This document shows, piece after piece, positions 14,791-20,000 of a DNA stretch of 20,000 bases (positions within the stretch are counted from its first letter, which is position 1; each line of letters begins with the position of its first letter). The position numbers and the translations under genes are program-made. This stretch comes from an uncultured virus (IMG/VR IMGVR_UViG_3300037508_000348). Its lineage: Duplodnaviria; Heunggongvirae; Uroviricota; Caudoviricetes. The stretch is from the IMG/VR virus record IMGVR_UViG_3300037508_000348; one strand, 5' to 3'. The notes under the pieces were generated by a model that was given only the letters and a program-made list of their open reading frames with translations, was not told where the DNA came from and searched no databases.

Positions 14791-17262
14791 ATGGGCGGTC
14801 CTGCTATGTCTCCGGGTTCGAGAACCGAAACTACGGAAAAACCAAGTCCCTATCAAGAATGGTTGTTCAACGTCATGTCCAACCCCGGCTCCGCCCCTTC
14901 TACGGGGTTACGGGTGTCAGCACGAGATGCAGCCCTTGGAGAGCAAGTTAACCTAGGCAATAAAAGTGCTATAAATAAAATGTGGGGGCGTAATGTTACC
15001 CCCGCTGATTTTGCTGCAATGCAGCGAGGCAGCACCGACTTTTATACCGGAAGAAAAGCCGCACAAGGCGGGCTGATGGCTCTGCGGGGGTACTCTTCGG
15101 GCGGTTCTCCAAAAGCAACAAATGCGCCCAAAAAGGACGCACCCAAAAAGAATGCCCCTGAAAAACAAAAACCCCCTGCTAAACCCAAGCTAGCCCCTCC
15201 TCCTAAAAATGAAACCGCGCAGCAGCGTACTGATCGGTTGATGGCCTTTGAAAATGCGGGCGGAAAGCTAAACAAGCAGCAGAAAGACTACGTATCAAAT
15301 TACACTGAGTACGCCGGTAAAGGCTATCCCATAAACCCAAAGACGGGTATGCCCACTCCACCCAAACTTCCTTCCAACGCTACCAAAAAGCAGAAAGAAG
15401 AGGCGATGAAAAAGTTCACTGAGGCTACTCAGCTCGACGTGAATGATAAAGGCAAGTTAACTCCCAGTACGGGGGGCGATCCAAACAAAACAAGCTATAC
15501 TATGGCCGATGCCATGTTTGGGCAAACGGCTGGGTTTGACCCCGCGCTGTTAAGTGAAAACCCCGAAGTGCGCGATGCGGCTATGAAAAAGCACGGGATG
15601 ACTTCTCCCTCTGGCGGCATAACCAACGAGTTTGGGCGAAAGGCCATTGATATGGCCCAGAATATGAAAATGCCCGGTGAGTTTGGGCAAGCCTCTGATA
15701 TGTATCGAACGGCTGGGGCTGGATTAGAGAGTCTGGCCGGATACAAACCGCAAGATGTCTCCTACCAAAATGCTTCGGCGGAAAGAGCCAGTGCAGAAAA
15801 AGCCGCCGCCGCACAGATGGGCAGTATTGCTAATGTCAGTGCGGAACGCGCAGCGGCAGAAAGAGCTCAAGCCTCTCAAATGGCGGCTATTGCTGATGTT
15901 AATGCCCAGCAAGTAGACCTCGGGCAGTATAACGTAACCGCCTCGCAAATGCAGCGCCCAGAGGATGTAACCGCTAGAGAACTGCAGCGGTATCAGATGG
16001 ACAGCGCAAACCCCGTCACCACCCAAGCACTCGAAGCCTATCAAATGGCGGGGCCGGGGTCTTGGACCGATGAGGGTGTGTCTAGCAAATACATGAGCCC
16101 CTACATGCAGGGAGTCATTGACATCTCAAAGCGCGAAGCGGAGAGAGACTATACCAAGCAGATGAATGCGCTGAATGCCAAGGCTGTATCGGCTGGAGCG
16201 TTTGGTGGGTCTAGGCAGGCTTTGGAGCGCTCTGAAGCACAGCGTAATTACAACGAGCAGTTACAAGACATCCAAACGCGAGGTCTGCAGCAAGCCTACG
16301 AATCAGGTCGTTCTCAGTACACTGGGGAATTAAGCATGTCGCAGCAGGCGGCTCTGCAGAATCTGCAGTCTAAACTCTCCACACAGTCGCAGTCTTCGCA
16401 GCAAGAGTTGCAAGCGATGCTCTCTAACCAGAACATTGACTACCAGACCAAAGTGCAGAACTTACAGGCCATGCTGGGGGTACAGTCTCAAGAAGCACAG
16501 CAGATGCTCAATGCGTCACTGGCTAACCAACAGGCTGAAATGGTAACTAGCCAAACCAATGCACAACTAGCACAGCAGGCAGCGCTGGCTAACCAAGGGG
16601 TAAATTCTCAAGGTGCTCTGGCTAATCAAGCAGCGGCGTTACAAGCGGCTCTAGCTAATCAACAAACACAGTTTGGCACAGGGCAGTTCAATGCTGGGGC
16701 GCAGAATCAAGCCTCTCTTGCTAATGCTCAGTTGGGAACGCAGGCCAATCTAGCCAACCAACGGGCGGCACTTGAAGCGGCTCTGGCTAATCAGCAGACT
16801 CAGTTCGGTGTGGGCTCTTTGAATGCAAATCTGGCGAATCAAACCAACCTGCAGAATGCTTCGTTGGGAACACAGGCGGCTCTTCAAAATGCTCAGTTGG
16901 GCACAAACGTCAACCTCGCCAACTCTCAATACGGCCTCAGCGCTGCTTTGGCTAACCAACAAGCGGGGCTTCAAGGAAACCAACAGAACATCGCAGCCTA
17001 TGGTGCTATGGGTAATATGGCTACTGGGCTGGGCTCTATCGGTACTAACATCGGTAACTTCAACCAGCAGCAGCTTGGCAACATGGCGCAGATTTACAAC
17101 ACTACACAGGGTTTACAGCAAAGCTGGATGGACCAGCAGCAGAAAAATGCCATCAACCAGTACCAAGCACCGTATAAGGCGGCGGGTGCTGTACCGGGAA
17201 TGCTGAATATAACTGGAGCGGGCGGTGGCGGTGCCAGAGTCACTGAACAACAAAATTACTAA
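14791..17262 (+). CDS. Large Ala/Gln/Asn-rich internal (DNA ejection) protein with mirror repeats
   Basis: GAGG SD; central YMSPY...AGAFGGSRQA core flanked by pentad and hendecad repeats. Confidence 0.7.
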   Translation: MGGPAMSPGSRTETTEKPSPYQEWLFNVMSNPGSAPSTGLRVSARDAALGEQVNLGNKSAINKMWGRNVTPADFAAMQRGSTDFYTGRKAAQGGLMALRGYSSGGSPKATNAPKKDAPKKNAPEKQKPPAKPKLAPPPKNETAQQRTDRLMAFENAGGKLNKQQKDYVSNYTEYAGKGYPINPKTGMPTPPKLPSNATKKQKEEAMKKFTEATQLDVNDKGKLTPSTGGDPNKTSYTMADAMFGQTAGFDPALLSENPEVRDAAMKKHGMTSPSGGITNEFGRKAIDMAQNMKMPGEFGQASDMYRTAGAGLESLAGYKPQDVSYQNASAERASAEKAAAAQMGSIANVSAERAAAERAQASQMAAIADVNAQQVDLGQYNVTASQMQRPEDVTARELQRYQMDSANPVTTQALEAYQMAGPGSWTDEGVSSKYMSPYMQGVIDISKREAERDYTKQMNALNAKAVSAGAFGGSRQALERSEAQRNYNEQLQDIQTRGLQQAYESGRSQYTGELSMSQQAALQNLQSKLSTQSQSSQQELQAMLSNQNIDYQTKVQNLQAMLGVQSQEAQQMLNASLANQQAEMVTSQTNAQLAQQAALANQGVNSQGALANQAAALQAALANQQTQFGTGQFNAGAQNQASLANAQLGTQANLANQRAALEAALANQQTQFGVGSLNANLANQTNLQNASLGTQAALQNAQLGTNVNLANSQYGLSAALANQQAGLQGNQQNIAAYGAMGNMATGLGSIGTNIGNFNQQQLGNMAQIYNTTQGLQQSWMDQQQKNAINQYQAPYKAAGAVPGMLNITGAGGGGARVTEQQNY
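15742..16062 (+). repeat. 20 short units of 5-7 aa (ASAER/VTASQ/MxxxxD types)
   Basis: Manual parsing from YKPQD to MAGPGS, 107 aa. Confidence 0.7.
16324..16983 (+). repeat. 20 uninterrupted 11-aa (hendecad) units
   Basis: Asn at position 2 in 17 of 20 units (ANQAAALQAAL, ANQQTQFGTGQ...); 220 aa. Confidence 0.85.
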
Positions 17263-17272
17263 GGAGTAATTC

Positions 17273-19291
17273 ATGACTATAAATGCCAACATTGCAAACA
17301 GTGACTCTGGTAAACCGGCTCAGTTTGTCAACAGTATTTATGAAACGCTGAAAGGGGATGTGAATCGCACTAACCAGCTAATGCAACAAGGCCCTAGCGC
17401 GGGTTTGGCATGGCTTGGAGCCGCCGCAGCTTCCAGAGCGCAAGATCAGGCGAAGCGTGAACAACAATCACAGCAAGCGCAGCAGATGGGACAAAGCCCT
17501 CAGCCTACAGTAGCACAACAGCTTCAAGCAGCAGCGATGCAAGGTGGGATCATGGGCCAGTTACCTAGCAATATCGCTATGGCGCAGCAGCCAGAGCAAG
17601 GGCCTCAAGTGGGTGGTGGACTCGGAGCTCTTCCCGTTGACCCTCGTACTCTGCCGCAAGAGATGGCGGGTGGTGGGCTCGTTGCTCTAGCCGAAGGGGG
17701 GTTCCTTGACTACGCCTATGATGGCGGTGAAGGCTATGCCGAGGGCGGTGAGGTAAGAAGGTTTGCGGCGGGTGATAGTCTTAGAATACATGAGTATCCG
17801 TGGCGGGTTTTTGGGGAAAATGTACCTCCTATTGTGGTTGGGGATAACTTAGAAGACGAAGGCGCTTTCTGGGAAGACTTACCCGATATAGCTAAACTTG
17901 AAGCGCAAGATGCAAGAGAGTATTTTGACCCTATTGACAAAGCTCGTAGCTATATTGATGAGGGTGTCGATTTTGCTAAAACTCTTCCCAGTGAGACATC
18001 TAAGCTGAATGAATACCTTGGAGGGAAAATAGCGGATAAAGCGGCGGAAGCTAAAGAAAGATGGTCTGCGCGACTAGCGCCGTGGGCTAACAAAGTAGCT
18101 GAAATAGAAGCTCGTAGAGGGGAGCCTAGAGAAAGTCCATTAAAGCATGAAGCAGGTGGTCGTAATGGTGAAGTCCCTGCGGGTCAAGAGTCTATCAGAA
18201 ACCCCAAACCGCAAGTAGCAAAAGAAGCTACTAAAGTAGATAAGCAGTTCAAGAGTGGACAGAGAGACGACAACCATCTTGTTTCCGATGCCCAAACGCC
18301 TGCGGCTTCGGCTCAACCGCAAGGCCAAACTCTTGATGAGCTAGAGAAAGCATATACAGCGGCAGCTAATGAATTTGGTCAAGGTTCTCCGCAAGCATTG
18401 GACGTATTAGGCAAAATATCCGCTATTAGGAATGCCGCCGCTGCAAGAGAACAGGGAACAACAAATGTTCCAACTGCACAAACTGTATCTCAATCTGGAG
18501 GGCTCCCCGCTATTCAAGGACAAAGAGCAGCAGCGTCTGATACTGGAAGCAGCTTTGAAGAAAATGCTAGACGAATGAACGAGCTCTATGGTGCTACACC
18601 TCAGATGTCACCTGAAGAACGTGCATGGCGAAAAGAGCAGATCGAATCTTCTAGGGCTGATAAATGGCTGCAGACGCTGACGGCTATGGCGGGTGGTACT
18701 TTTGCTAGTGGAGAAACTACTTGGCCTGCGGCGATAGGAAAAGGCGCTCTGTTTGGGTTGTCTACTTATCGTCAAGGTGCTCAAGCAGAAGCCGAAGCTG
18801 AACTGGGTCTAATCCAAGCCGACGCTGCCTATAAAGCCGCCGAAGCTGCCCAACGCAAAGAAGCCGTTAAAGACGTATCAAGCATCATGCAGAACACGGC
18901 TAAACTGGGTAGTGCGTCGGATATTGCTACTGCTAAAGCGCGGGCTCAAGCCCTTAGCGACGAACTTAAAAGGGAGCAAAAAGAGAGTCAATTTGTACGC
19001 GGGGAAGAAGGTAAATATGATAGAGCTTATATTATGTCAGGAGGGAGAGAAGCCGCAGAACGCAATGATTTGCTTCGACAAGCAAATGGCGAAATAGCAA
19101 AAAGGCAACAAGACATAGACTACATATCAGCCTCTCCTGAAGTAAAAGCCCGTATAGAAGCAGAAATTTATGCCCGCTATGGCGTGACTCCTCCCGGTCT
19201 AGGTGGCGGTCAAGGGCTTGGGGGCGGTATGGGCATGGGGAACAGGCCAATTGTGCGAAGAGATCGTATAATACCCGCTGCTCAACAATAA
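17273..19291 (+). CDS. Internal virion (ejection-like) protein, 672 aa
   Basis: AAGGAG SD; Q/A-rich, clustered AxGG tags, Gly-rich hydrophobic segment followed by coiled coil. Confidence 0.6.
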   Translation: MTINANIANSDSGKPAQFVNSIYETLKGDVNRTNQLMQQGPSAGLAWLGAAAASRAQDQAKREQQSQQAQQMGQSPQPTVAQQLQAAAMQGGIMGQLPSNIAMAQQPEQGPQVGGGLGALPVDPRTLPQEMAGGGLVALAEGGFLDYAYDGGEGYAEGGEVRRFAAGDSLRIHEYPWRVFGENVPPIVVGDNLEDEGAFWEDLPDIAKLEAQDAREYFDPIDKARSYIDEGVDFAKTLPSETSKLNEYLGGKIADKAAEAKERWSARLAPWANKVAEIEARRGEPRESPLKHEAGGRNGEVPAGQESIRNPKPQVAKEATKVDKQFKSGQRDDNHLVSDAQTPAASAQPQGQTLDELEKAYTAAANEFGQGSPQALDVLGKISAIRNAAAAREQGTTNVPTAQTVSQSGGLPAIQGQRAAASDTGSSFEENARRMNELYGATPQMSPEERAWRKEQIESSRADKWLQTLTAMAGGTFASGETTWPAAIGKGALFGLSTYRQGAQAEAEAELGLIQADAAYKAAEAAQRKEAVKDVSSIMQNTAKLGSASDIATAKARAQALSDELKREQKESQFVRGEEGKYDRAYIMSGGREAAERNDLLRQANGEIAKRQQDIDYISASPEVKARIEAEIYARYGVTPPGLGGGQGLGGGMGMGNRPIVRRDRIIPAAQQ

Positions 19292-19306
19292 CCCGCGAAG
19301 GCACTC

Positions 19307-20000
19307 ATGGCTAGAGACACAGGCTTAGGCGCTCTTTTTACTCCTTCTTATAGAACGGGCGATCCTGAAATGGACGCTCTCTTCGGCCTGATACGAGAAC
19401 AGCAAGAGCTACCTGAACTCAAACGGCCAGAAACCCGCTCCGCTCCTAGAGGTGCTAGGGAGCAAGGGGAAGCGCGAGGCGGAAGAGGTGTTAGCAACAA
19501 TGCCCAAGTAGCATACAACTTCTATATAAATAAAGGCGTTCCTCCCCATATAGCTGCTGGATGGGTTGGTAGTATGATGCAGGAGTCTGGGCCTAACCTA
19601 GACCCAAATGCTTATAACCCCGGTGGGGCATACGGTATCATGCAGGCTATGGGTCCACGTAAAGAAGCGATGCTTCGCGCTGGTGGTAAGGGTGATCTTA
19701 TAAAACAGCTTGAGTTCTCATGGGCCGAAATGAATGGTCCTGAACGGAAAGCGCTTGAGCGAATGCTCCAAGCAAAAACTCCAGCGGAAGCGGCTATTGC
19801 GCACCGTAAGTATTATGAGCGCCCCGGCGAAGCTGAAGCACGGGATGACAAACGTATCCAATATGCCAATCAGCTATTTTCTGGTGGGTATCAACCACAG
19901 CAAGAACAGGCTCAACCACAGGGGCAATTCGCTCGTAGCCCAGAGTTCCAGCCTCATGTAGTCGGCGCTGGCGTAAGTAAACACCCTATTAGTCAGACTG
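19307..20000 (+). CDS. Virion-associated muralytic protein (phage tail lysozyme-like domain), 3'-truncated by the window; not in ORF track
   Basis: Open from ATG 19307 to the end; AAGWVGSMMQES..LDP.A.N...AYGIMQ...QLEF...E...AKTPAEAA.....YERP...R..YA matches the Phage_lysozyme2 pattern as I recall it. Confidence 0.82.
   Translation, partial: MARDTGLGALFTPSYRTGDPEMDALFGLIREQQELPELKRPETRSAPRGAREQGEARGGRGVSNNAQVAYNFYINKGVPPHIAAGWVGSMMQESGPNLDPNAYNPGGAYGIMQAMGPRKEAMLRAGGKGDLIKQLEFSWAEMNGPERKALERMLQAKTPAEAAIAHRKYYERPGEAEARDDKRIQYANQLFSGGYQPQQEQAQPQGQFARSPEFQPHVVGAGVSKHPISQT

Noticed and set aside
5071..16983. Repeats as CRISPR arrays or DGR template/variable repeats
   Set aside because: All are in-frame, vary at synonymous positions and lack spacers; no adenine-specific mismatch pair or reverse transcriptase was seen
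1068..19961. Other short overlapping or antisense ORFs in the track
   Set aside because: They lie within well-supported genes and show no recognisable motifs
1..20000. Stop-codon recoding, tRNA or rRNA genes
   Set aside because: The standard code gives near-complete coding density with TAA, TAG and TGA all used as stops; gaps are too short and show no tRNA-like pattern

Overview
The window is the virion-morphogenesis region of a tailed dsDNA bacteriophage with podovirus-like (P22-style) organisation. Genes are tightly packed on the + strand: small head/neck proteins, a probable head-tail adaptor, two tail fibres with C-terminal S74 chaperones, a lysis cassette (M15 endopeptidase plus two small membrane proteins), a 22-aa-repeat protein, a tail hub/nozzle, cupin- and GNAT-like genes, and a run of Ala/Gln/Gly-rich internal (ejection) proteins ending in a truncated gene with a phage tail-lysozyme domain. 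Two free-standing homing endonucleases are inserted: HNH-AP2 on + and GIY-YIG/NUMOD3-like on -, the latter with its own sigma70-like promoter. I add five ORFs missing from the track. Three observations stand out. (1) The 823-aa protein has 20 short (5-7 aa) units and 20 hendecads that match unit-for-unit in mirror order, suggesting a hairpin ruler or conduit about 33 nm long. (2) A 13-aa Q-x4-TLNSV motif occurs in register in three different proteins. (3) A hydrophobic-x-x-GG tag recurs across the internal proteins. Family assignments come from motif recognition only; no searches were run.
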